From NCBI RefSeq assembly GCF_001194135.2, contig NC_068981.1:88627140-88691139 (forward strand): a stretch of DNA of 64,000 bases. Reading direction: 5' to 3'. Positions 53,401 to 64,000 of this stretch are shown here, one piece after another (positions within the stretch are counted from its first letter, which is position 1; each line of letters starts with the position of its first letter). The notes beneath the pieces are model-generated. The model was not told the origin of the DNA and searched no databases. It saw nothing but the letters and a program-made list of their open reading frames with translations. Made by a program: the position numbers and the translations under genes. The stretch is from Octopus bimaculoides. Its lineage: Eukaryota.

Positions 53401-54295
53401 TAAATATATACACACTTTAGCGGGCGATAGGAATAAATAAACATACAAGATAGATTGCCTCTTCTCTTTCCGAGATGCTGGAATGTTAAATGTCCCTTAA
53501 TTGGAATTGAAATTTGTTCTCATTTTCGTAATGACGCTTTAATTGCATTCAAAAACGGTCGGGAAGAATTTAACACAAACACCGTAAATTCCGAAGAGTA
53601 AGTAAGTATGTATGTATGTATGTATGTATGTATGTATGTATGTATGTATGTATGCATGTATGTATGTATGTATGTATGTATGTATGAATGAATGTATGTA
53701 TGTATGGACTTACGTATGTATGTTATGTATGTACGTTATGAATGTATGTCTGTTCGTATTTATGTCCTGGTTATGACATTAATCTGCCTCCAGAGGTCAG
53801 CTCCAGTCGAGTAGTTCTGGAGTCGTGGGGGAGCGTGGTGTCACCCTTTAATTACCATCACTCCCAGGTCCACTCTGATCCGGAATCGTATTACCTCTCA
53901 GGGCCCCATCTATTAGTTACGCAGGTTTCCCAGGGGGTAGAGGTGGCTCTCGTTATTTTGAGAAAGCCGCGAGGAAGGCAGCTCTTCCAGAAGATACTCT
54001 GACAAATCTTGCAGTCAAAATAGTCATCTTGCAATGCTTGTCACTGGAACCTACTGTGTTGTACAAGGTTTTGTTACTTAAATCCAGTGACGGACATTAT
54101 CATTTCATTTCTTATACCGTTTTGTATTTTATAAAGTCATATAGTGATGGATGCACGGTATGAAAAGTCATATCCACGCACATAAAAAGATCGAAGTAAA
54201 TCAGAACAATCAGGCTGAATGTGAGACGGCTATCATCTGACAAGATAAGGCAACCATGTATGTATGTATGTATGTATGTATGTATGTATGTATGT

Positions 54296-54850
54296 ATGGA
54301 GCCGGTTTCCAACAAAGATACAAGGCTCCATTTTTGGGAAGTAGTTAACACAGACAAATTCACATTTGGAACTTGAGAAGAGTCTTGCATATTTTTACTG
54401 TGCCACACACAAATTGCACATATAATGTACGAATTAACCGGTCGATTTCTCTTTCTGAAAATCCCAGTTTATCCACATTCTCCTTTAAGCATTTACTAAC
54501 AAAACCTAGTGCTCCAATTATTATTGGTATGAATATGAATTCATAGACTGGATGTAGAAGCTGGAGGTTTCAAAGCAGCTGTCCATAGACATCCTCTTTT
54601 TCTTTGATTTTCAAAGAGATATTTATATCTGCAGGGCAGATGACTCCTATGTCCCAAACAACAATATTCAGTCTGTTATATTTACATTTGACAGAAGTTT
54701 TGATGGGAATATTCTACCAGTATTTCTTGTGTTGGTGTTTATGAATGTATTCCATAACAGAAAGATTTTCTAAGTTTATTTCAGGACAGTCTTTTTGCGG
54801 ATGACATTGCAAATTGTTTTAGCAACAACATGCCGAAGAGGGAGGTAGTA
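54296..54850 (-). mobile_element. 3' end of a second R4/Dong-like RLE LINE family with (CATA)n tail
   Basis: YYLPLRH.VAKTICNVIRKKDCPE; KYW*NIPIKTSVKCKYNRLNIVVW; ICPADINISLKIKEKEDVYGQL; FIPIIIGALGFV; 3'UTR hairpin, then (TATG)n at 54256-54297 on the plus strand. Confidence 0.85.
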
Positions 54851-56180
54851 CACTTCCACACTTCTTCGTCTGGCTGAACTTGTCCTCTCTCTCAACTGCT
54901 TCTCGTACGTGGATGAGTTTTACCAACAGTTTTTGAGAGTGACCATGGGAACGAAAATGGGCCCCAACTATGCGAACCTGTTCATTGTCGAGGTTCAAAT
55001 ATTTTCACAATTCTCTGGTCCCACTCCCGAGCTATACGGTCGTTATGCAGATGAAAGTATCGGCACAACCTCACTCTCCCGCAAACAACTGAACTCCTTC
55101 CTCTCCCTTGTCCAGTCCTTCCATCCTGCCCTCGAATTCTCCTGCACTATCTCTAACTCTTCTGTCGAATTTCTCCACATTTCTGTCAGCATACCCCACC
55201 CCGCTCTCACTGCCGCCATCCACTACAAACACACTGACTCACACTCCTACCTAAACTTCTCCTCCCACACTACCCGACCAAGTTCTCCACCTCCTACTCC
55301 CAGTTCCTCCGTCTATGCAGGCTCTGCATTGACAACTATGATTTTGAGACTCAGGCTCAACTTAAGGCTCGCCACTTCATCCTACGTGGACATCCCCTCA
55401 CTATTATCCATACTGCCCTTGCCCGGGCATAATCTGTGGACCGTACCTCTGCTCTTTCTTCTCGGACCCTCCCCACCCTTACCCGTCTCCCGTTCCCCTC
55501 ACCTACCACCCCTGTACCCTACCCCTCCAAAGCATCATTCTCTGAGCCTTCCGGCGACTTCAGTCCGACCCCTCCACTTTGCGCATCTTCCATAACCGAC
55601 CCTTTCCCTCCTTCAAAGGAGCCCATAACCTGCGTGACTTCCTGGTTCATGGCTTCTTCCATACTCCTTTTTCCCAGTCTGGTTCCTTCCCTTGCTCCCG
55701 CCCACGCTGTTACACCTGTCCCTACCTCTCCGACACCACTATCCTCACAGGTACCCATCACCGTTCTTATCATGTTACTAACTCCTTTAATTGCATATCT
55801 ACTTATGCTCTCTCTGTCCTTCCTTGTACATTGGTCAAACGGGATGCCGATTGGCTGACCAGTTCAAAGAGCACCTCTGAGACATCAGACTTGACAATTA
55901 CACGTCAGTCGCACGCCACTTCTGCTCTACCGGTCATTCGCTACATCTGCCTGTGTTCGGATTGTCTCTGCACAGGTGCCACCCGGTCTCCCTCCTTCGC
56001 CGTGAACCAGGTCTAATCTTCTCTCTTCGCTCCTTTGCGCCATATGGGCTCAACTCATCTCCTCTCTTCCTCTGACACCAATCCCACATGGATTCCCACA
56101 CACCTCGCACATTCAACTCTCTTCCTTCCACCTATACATCTACGTAACGCTTACCTCAGTACCCTCACCACACACGCGCC
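54850..56180 (+). mobile_element. Penelope-like element (Neptune type): RT C-terminal half, Cys motif and GIY-YIG endonuclease, decayed
   Basis: TLLRLAELVLSLNCFSY; YQQ..VTMGTKMGPNYANLF; GRYADE; FHPALEFS..VEFLHI..YKHTDSHSYLNFSSH; CSRPRCYTC; YIGQTGCRLADQFKEHL; LIFSLRSFAPYGLN. Confidence 0.92.
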
Positions 56181-56181
56181 A

Positions 56182-56194
56182 CAGCAGCAGCAGA

Positions 56195-56249
<55 letters not shown>

Positions 56250-56310
56250 CCACCACCACCACCACCACCACGAACAACAACAACAACAACAGCAACAGCA
56301 ACAGCAGCTA
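56182..56310. repeat. Compound (CAG)n-(CAC)n-(CAA)n microsatellite
   Basis: Direct reading, immediately after the PLE 3'UTR. Confidence 0.97.
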
Positions 56311-57939
56311 CAAGAGCAAGGGGTAATGAAGAGAACAGTGAAACCAAAAGGAGCTGCAACAGCATAATGCGGTAATCTAGAAGTTGGAATGCTGAATTAA
56401 TAAATATTCTTTTTCCAGAGGACATTCAAGGAATTATGAATAATGTCTAAGACACCAGTGTTACCGAAACAGTGGGAGATCGTTGCTAGTTTGAGATAGA
56501 TTCTGTAACAGCAGTACTGATGTCAGTCACTTGGATGTGACTGATGTGTATTTTGAAACGTGAACCTAAGGTAGACAGTTTGTATCCTTAATACAGTACA
56601 GCGATACTTTCAAGTTGTTTCTTGGATATGATGTAAGCTCCGGGAAATCTCTCTAATGTATTTTCCTCAGAATAAACATTATGAAAATCAGCATGATATC
56701 CAGAATTCCAATACCTCTTTCAATCCTGCATTAATAAGACATGAAGAACAACATAAACACGCTAATATATTCGCAAATTACAATATAAGAGTGTTTCATT
56801 TGAGAGAATGAACATTTTTACTGTATCGGTTTTCCAATTCATGTTAAACCAACCTTTTCAAAACAGCTGTTTCTTACATACCAACAGTTCTAAGATGATT
56901 TACAGCTAGAGCAGTTTAAGATTCCCAGACTATTAATCTCATCGCATATAATATACCGATCGAATTGTAATGTAGGAAACAGAATCTCCAAAGATGTTTC
57001 TTTTCTACTCCAGCTGTCTCTTATCTTTATAAATGACAAGACAATTAGATGATGAAATATTGAACGTCCAGGCTGCAATAAACGATCTTCGACTGGTTTA
57101 TATATATATATATATATNNNNNNNNNNNNNNNNNNNNNNNNNNNNNNNNNNNNNNNNNNNNNNNNNNNNNNNNNNNNNNNNNNNNNNNNNNNNNNNNNNN
57201 NNNNNNNNNNNNNNNNNNNNNNNNNNNNNNNNNNNNNNNNNNNNNNNNNNNNNNNNNNNNNNNNNNTATATATATATATATATGTATGTATATAACGACG
57301 GCAACAAAAACAATCAAACGAAAAAAAAAATAGAATAAAAAGTTAGATAAAAAAACTATCGGAAATAGCTCAATATCACAGACACATGTCTTTGATGCCA
57401 CTAACATGGAAACTGCTGTTACACAATACTTGCCTGTTTAAGAAGAATTAGTGAATGGTGTGCTGTGAATCTCTACGCTATGCGTGCGCGATAAAGTATG
57501 TGCCAGTAATATACTCTGATTGATCCAGTCAACATTTTTATTGTAAAATTTGTCCTATATAGTTAACATTGAAAATAGCATGCCTATTTTCTCTGTACCT
57601 TACTATAACGCAATGTCAAAGACCAAATTATATTGAATAATTTATCCATTGGTGCTGTGACGGTTCTTCTTGTCATCATTTGTTGTTATCGTTGTTTAGC
57701 TCCAGATTAACTATGACTGGGTAGAAACATGATCAAAGGTGTTACTATCGTTCTCTCAGATGATCAGACTAGAACTATAGTATACAATGTGACCGACTTT
57801 TTCGAGTCATTATGCTGGCTGTATTTTAATGGAGATTTTGACGGCTGTTATTTCTACCAAGTCAAATTACCACGTAGAAGCTCTGTTGTAATCCTGTCTA
57901 CCATTAACGTGAACATGACAACCGATATATCTTTTGTTT

Positions 57940-58266
57940 CACTTTTGTTTCAGTCATCTGACTGAAACCATGCTGGAGCACTGCCTTGAAGAGTTTTAGT
58001 TGAACAAATCGACCCCAGGACTTATTTTTCAAAGTCTTGTACTTATTCTATCGGTTTCTTTACTGAACCGCTAAGTTACGGGGACGTAGACATAGCAACA
58101 CAAGTTGTCAAGCGGTGATGAGGGAGGATAAACACATCCCTACACACACATACACACACATCCATCCATCCATACAGACAGACGTATATATATATATATT
58201 TAATAAATTTTTCCCTTATGAGGTTTTTCTAAATTTTTCTAAAGATTTTATCCTATTTTAAAATTG

Positions 58267-58312
<46 letters not shown>

Positions 58313-58405
58313 TGGTAGAACACACTTACCCAAGGTGCCACGCAGTGGGACTGAAACCGGAACCATGTAGCTGGGAAACAAGCTTCTTAACACAGTCACG
58401 CTTGT
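57940..58405 (-). mobile_element. SINE family C (tail 57940-58140, head 58315-58405)
   Basis: Family C tail and head motifs separated by (CA)/(TA)-rich sequence. Confidence 0.75.
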
Positions 58406-58499
58406 GAAGATTACGAATTTTCTTTCGTAAAAAAATTGGCAACAGCAATAACTAACTGTAACCAATATTAGTAAAGTGGTTAAATATAGAACTGTGGTT

Positions 58500-59860
58500 A
58501 AAGAGCTGATAGAATAGTTAGCATGCCGGGCAAAATGTTTAGCTGCGTTCCGTCCCTCTTTAAGTTCTGAGTTCAAATTCTGCCGAGGTCAACTTTGCCT
58601 TTTATCCTCCCGGGGTCGATGAAATAAGTAACAGTTGAGTACTGGGGTCGATATGATCGATTTATCCCTTCCTCCGAAATTGCTGGCCTTGTGCCAAAAT
58701 TTGTGTAGATACTCAAGAGGACATTTATCCAGAACTGCAATTATATGTTATTATATGTTATTATAGAGGCGGTGCAAAGACAAAACTGTTGATGCGCTGG
58801 ACAAAATGCATTGCACCTTAGGGCACCTTAGGTTTCGAGTTCAAATTTCGCCGAGATTAACTTTGTATTTCAACCTTCCGGTTTCGATAAAATCAAATGT
58901 GTTACAAGAGAATTATAAATTAGATGTAATCGAGTATTATCCGTCATATGATGGGCAACTTTGGAAGTATACTCTTGCAAATATTAGCTATATCCGGAAA
59001 TATTGGTTTCAAATTCTGGCACAAGGCCAACAGTTTCGGGATAGAGGATAAATAAATTACAGCGATTCCATTGTTCAACTGATACTTATTTTATCGACCC
59101 GAAAGGACGAAAGGTAAAGTCGACTTCGGCGAAATTTGAACCGAGCATTCCTAAGCATGTAAGACATTCCTTTCAAATTCTTTTGTTTAGTATTCGACTA
59201 TTGAAAATGTTTACATGCTATAATATATTAACTGCCCTTAAATTACATAACATTCCCACTCCTGTCATTGGGTGTTACACGAGGACCACAAAAGAACATT
59301 CTGGAATCCCAGAATGTCTACAAAAATTCTAAACTATGATGATATGTTGTTTGTAAAATATATTATATAACGGTAATTCAGTTAGTTTAATTAATCTGAG
59401 TAATCACAATATTTGTTTCAAATTCTGGTCGAAGACCAGTAATTTCAGGGAGGGGATAAATCGATGTAATCGACCCTATTGCTCAACTTGTACTTTTTTT
59501 ATCGACCCCAAAATGATGAAAGACAGAGTCGACTTCGGCAGAATTTGAACGTAGATGCAGACGAAATGCTGCTAAGCATTTTACCCGGCACGATAACGAT
59601 TCTGCCAGCTCGCCGCCTTAAATCGCGAGTCATATTTACACTACGTAGAGGTCCAACTGGCAGGGTCGTTAGCACGCCGGGGAAAAATGCTAAACGATAT
59701 TTCGTCCATCTTTATGTTCTCAGTTAAGATACCGCCGAGGTTGACTTTGCTTTTCATCCTTTCGAGGTCGATAAAATAAGTACCAGTTGAGCATTGGAAT
59801 CGATGTAACCGACTTATACCCTCACCCAAAATTGCTGGCTTGTGCCAAAATTTGAAACCT
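58500..59860. mobile_element. Five SINE family A copies (+,+,-,-,+)
   Basis: Matches at about 58500-58705, 58770-58960, 58990-59150, 59415-59618 and 59648-59859. Confidence 0.85.
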
Positions 59861-60386
59861 ATATTTACACTACATGTGTGGAATCCACGAATATCCCCAC
59901 CAAATTCAAGTTTATATTTGTATATTACCAGCTTGCACATTACTTTCATAAAAATGCACATTTTTTTAATGAAATTATGCAGAGATACATTTTCCATGGT
60001 GTACATAAAAATACTTTTGGAGGAATTTCTAGTCATTGCATCTTTCTTTTCTTATAATTCTTATTAAAATGCATATTTTTAAATGGTATTTTACAGAGAT
60101 ACGTCTTTGAGAATGTGGATAGATTGCATAGCGCTGATGATTTAAACAAATTCGCAAGAAAAGTAAAAAATGCTAAAATTACAGAAATCGGAGTAATAGA
60201 ATCCAGGGTTCGGTAGAGAATGGTCCAAAACTGCTTTCAAAAAATATTTTTATAAATTTCATTAAATAACCGGAATCTACTCTATCGAAAACCTATCTCT
60301 GCAAAATTTCGTTACATTTTTAGGAAGTTATAAATCATAATAGGTGGTGGAACACCAACCTCTCTCTTATTATATATTGAGAGAGA

Positions 60387-60434
<48 letters not shown>

Positions 60435-61153
60435 GAGGGAGAGAGAGAGATAGAGAGAGAGAGTAAGAGAGAGGGAGAGAGAGAGAGACGGTTGGTGCGT
60501 GTTTATATGTGAATTTCCATAATATAAAACGAGCACGGAGAGAAATGTTGTTTTTCATTTTTTTGTTACTTTTTGAATATAAACTATAAAATAAAGAGAA
60601 AATATATTTTCCTCAACAATGTGTAAACTAAGTCATATACACTTTATGCATATGTAGATGTGCTATTTGCATTTTTTAAATTGTTATTCTGTGACATACC
60701 AAATAACATCTTTCTTATTACACATGTATGCATATATTTATTATATTATCCACCATAAATGCTTTGTCATTTATTCCACCTCTTCCGCTTTTACGAGTTT
60801 TCTTTCTCACTGTATGCGTGTATGTAACATTTTAAAAATCTATTGCTTCCTACCAAACATTTATCCTGTATCTCTTATGTTAACTCTCTCTCTCTCTCTC
60901 TTTTACTATTTATGCTCCCCTTTTCTTTACGATGTAAGCGTCACGGGAGAATCTTTCAACCAACCATCCAGCCAACCAACGTTTTAAATATACCGGCTAT
61001 TATTTTACAGTGAATGTGTAATGCATTGTGGTGATAACGCATTGGTTCAGTGAAGTATCTTACCATGGAAACTGCATAGTACCATTAATAAGATACGAAT
61101 TGTCAACTTTCCTGTAGTTGTTAGTTCAACATCTTGTTGACTCGTTTATCTCT

Positions 61154-61268
<115 letters not shown>

Positions 61269-61517
61269 ACACAAATATATATATATATATAAATAAGGAT
61301 AAGATCGATATATAAAATATCGATCTTATCAAGTGGCCAGCATGGGAATAAAAACCATCAAAGGTAACAATTATTTAAAATTATAATATAGGGTATCTAA
61401 GAGATACTGCCACGCTGAAAAATAGCAGTCAAATCTTGAGTCTACACCACAAAAATGTTCATATAGCACAAAGGGGCGAAGACGAAGACAAAATAAACAA
61501 GCAAAAATTACTGGATA

Positions 61518-61576
61518 ATTCCAGATCCTGGATTTCTGGCTCTGTATAAGAGATGCTCTGCCTTGAACAGTGGAAT
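61518..61576 (-). ncRNA. Degenerate type I hammerhead motif (left copy)
   Basis: ATTCCA-CTGTTCA-A-GGC...GCC-A-GAAA-TCC-A-GGA-TC-TGGAAT; two core substitutions. Confidence 0.45.
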
Positions 61577-61932
61577 ATACACAGAAAAGCACATAAATAC
61601 AAATATATATATATAAACATTACGAGATACTTATATATACGAACGTGTACATACATATATGTGCACGTATGCACTCGACCAGTTTAAATTGCCCGCCCAA
61701 AAACTCCTCGTGCAATATGGTCAGAATTATCACCGCAGTGAATATAATGACGAAATAAAATTTATATAAATAAGGATAAGATCGATATATAAGATATCGA
61801 TCTTATCAAGTGGCCAGCATGGGAATAAAAACCAGCAAAGGTGTGCACATATATGTATGTATACGTTCGTATATGTAAGTATATCGTAATGTTCATATAT
61901 ATTTATTTGTATTTATGTGCTTTTCTGTGTAT

Positions 61933-61991
61933 ATTCCACCGTTGAAGGCAGAGCATTTCTTATGCAGAGCCAGAAATCCAGGATCTGGAAT
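61933..61991 (+). ncRNA. Degenerate type I hammerhead motif (right copy)
   Basis: ATTCCA-CCGTTGA-A-GGC-aga-GCAT-ttctt-ATGC-aga-GCC-A-GAAA-TCC-A-GGA-TC-TGGAAT: 6-bp stem I, AUC cleavage triplet, two core substitutions. Confidence 0.5.
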
Positions 61992-62134
61992 TATCCAGTA
62001 ATTTTTTCTTGTTTATTTTGTCTTCGTCTTCGCCCCTTTGTGCTATATGAACATTTATTGTGGTGTAGAGTCAAGATTTGACTGCTATTTTTCAGCGTGG
62101 TGGTAGCTCTTAGATACCTTATATTATAATTTTA

Positions 62135-62186
<52 letters not shown>

Positions 62187-63109
62187 CNNNNNNNNNNNNN
62201 NNNNNNNNNNNNNNNNNNNNNNNNNNNNNNNNNNNNNNNNNNNNNNNNNNNNNNNNNNNNNNNNNNNNNNNNNNNNNNNNNNNNNNNNNNNNNNNNNNNN
62301 NNNNNNNNNNNNNNNNNNNNNNNNNNNNNNNNNNNNNNNNNNNNNNNNNNNNNNNNNNNNNNNNNNNNNNNNNNNNNNNNNNNNNNNNNNNNNNNNNNNN
62401 NNNNNNNNNNNNNNNNNNNNNNNNNNNNNNNNNNNNNNNNNNNNNNNNNNNNNNNNNNNNNNNNNNNNNNNNNNNNNNNNNNNNNNNNNNNNNNNNNNNN
62501 NNNNNNNNNNNNNNNNNNNNNNNNNNNNNNNNNNNNNNNNNNNNNNNNNNNNNNNNNNNNNNNNNNNNNNNNNNNNNNNNNNNNNNNNNNNNNNNNNNNN
62601 NNNNNNNNNNNNNNNNNNNNNNNNNNNNNNNNNNNNNNNNNNNNNNNNNNNNNNNNNNNNNNNNNNNNNNNNNNNNNNNNNNNNNNNNNNNNNNNNNNNN
62701 NNNNNNNNNNNNNNNNNNNNNNNNNNNNNNNNNNNNNNNNNNNNNNNNNNNNNNNNNNNNNNNNNNNNNNNNNNNNNNNNNNNNNNNNNNNNNNNNNNNN
62801 NNNNNNNNNNNNNNNNNNNNNNNNNNNNNNNNNNNNNNNNNNNNNNNNNNNNNNNNNNNNNNNNNNNNNNNNNNNNNNNNNNNNNNNNNNNNNNNNNNNN
62901 NNNNNNNNNNNNNNNNNNNNNNNNNNNNNNNNNNNNNNNNNNNNNNNNNNNNNNNNNNNNNNNNNNNNNNNNNNNNNNNNNNNNNNNNNNNNNNNNNNNN
63001 NNNNNNNNNNNNNNNNNNNNNNNNNNNNNNNNNNNNNNNNNNNNNNNNNNNNNNNNNNNNNNNNNNNNNNNNNNNNNNNNNNNNNNNNNNNNNNNNNNNN
63101 NNNNNNNTA

Positions 63110-63275
63110 TATATATGAGGGGCTTCTTTCAGTTTCCGTCTACCAAATCCACTCACAAGGTTTTGGTCGGCCCGAGGCTCTAGTAGAAGATACTTGTCCA
63201 AGGTACCACGTTGTGGGACTGAACCCGGAACCATGTGGTTGGGAAGCAAGCTTCTTACCACACAGCCACGCCTGT
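63110..63275 (-). mobile_element. SINE family C 5' head and core beside a gap
   Basis: GGCTTCTTTCAGTTTCCGTCTACCAAATCCACTCACAAGG..GGGAAGCAAGCTTCTTACCACACAGCCACGCCTG. Confidence 0.92.
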
Positions 63276-63609
63276 AAATTTATAAATACGCGTATATGTT
63301 TGTTTACCTTAATGTAGTGTATGTATGCGTTTAATCATGTATCGTAGTGTCAAACAATCGCACGGATTTCTATATTCTGAAAAAAATCACATTTATACAC
63401 CACTGTGTTTGAGTACTGTTAAAATTGCTCACTGATCTTTTAACTAAACTGCTAATTGATCATGCACTGACTGTCAAACGATTTTGATTAAATTAAAATG
63501 AGAACGTTGGAAATTAAATGTAATTGAAATCATCTTTTTGCGGTTTCTGTGGAAATATTATTTTCCGATATCTGAGTTATTTTTAGAAATGTCATTGTTA
63601 GTTCTGTTT

Positions 63610-63610
63610 C

Positions 63611-63664
<54 letters not shown>

Positions 63665-64000
63665 TTACTGTCTACTTGCTATGGTGTTCTCCAATAATGA
63701 TGATGATGATGTATGTTGATGATGATGATGATGATGATGTTGATGATGATGATGATGATGATGATGTATGTTGATGATGATGATGATGATGATGTTGATG
63801 ATGATAATGATGATGATGTTGATGAGGATGATGATGATGAAAGAGGAGGAGGAAGAGAAGAAGAAGAAAAAAGAAGGCAATGACGACGACGACGACGGTG
63901 ATGATGATGATGAATAACCATAATAGAGGTGATGACGATGGTGATGATGGTGGTGGTGGTGGGAATGATATTGGTAGTGTTGTTGATAATGATGATGATG
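63610..64000. repeat. Compound (GTT)n-(GAT)n-(GAG/GAA)n-(GGT)n triplet region
   Basis: Direct reading. Confidence 0.95.

Larger units (their letters stand above)
61291..62134. repeat. A-B-C-A'-inverted B rearrangement (module resembling a PLE pseudo-LTR)
   Basis: A 61291-61365 = A' 61768-61841 (direct); B 61376-61666 = reverse complement of 61842-62134; C 61667-61767 unique; (TA)n on both outer sides. Confidence 0.9.

Noticed and set aside
54785-54856. Apparent 60-nt plus exon DSLFADDIANCFSNNMPKRE and a half-hammerhead look-alike
   Set aside because: Mostly the antisense of the RLE LINE segment YYLPLRH.VAKTICNVIRKKDCPE, running into the LINE/PLE junction.
56035-56367. PolyQ/polyH ORF
   Set aside because: Begins in the PLE 3' region and reads through a compound triplet microsatellite; no splice or homology support.

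Overview
AT-rich animal genomic DNA from a gapped draft assembly (nine N-runs), dominated by repeats. The SINE families and microsatellite load resemble an octopus (coleoid cephalopod) genome; this is recognition from memory, not a database result. Clearly supported content: (i) about 40 copies or fragments of tRNA-derived SINEs (families here called A, B, B' and C); (ii) decayed non-LTR retrotransposons: several R4/Dong-like RLE elements, a Tx1/L1-clade element with endonuclease and RT, CR1/L2-like fragments and a Neptune-type Penelope-like element (RT plus GIY-YIG); (iii) DNA transposons: a full-length mariner with TIRs nested in a SINE, a second mariner, a Tigger/pogo remnant, Tc1/mariner and hAT MITEs, and a Helentron-like non-autonomous element. 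No intact, nameable host gene, true tRNA/rRNA gene or CRISPR array was found; four orphan candidate exons are reported at low confidence. The most interesting signal is a set of minimal type I hammerhead-ribozyme motifs in non-coding modules resembling Penelope pseudo-LTRs. The best is at 29552-29599, an inverted pair lies at 61.5 and 61.9 kb, and a remnant split by a SINE lies at 5.2-5.4 kb. The 29.5 kb motif and both 61-62 kb motifs share an unusual A/A at the base of stem II. Two inverted duplications next to (TA)n tracts also stand out. PLE hammerheads are a known class, so any novelty would lie in this variant and arrangement, not in a new class of system.
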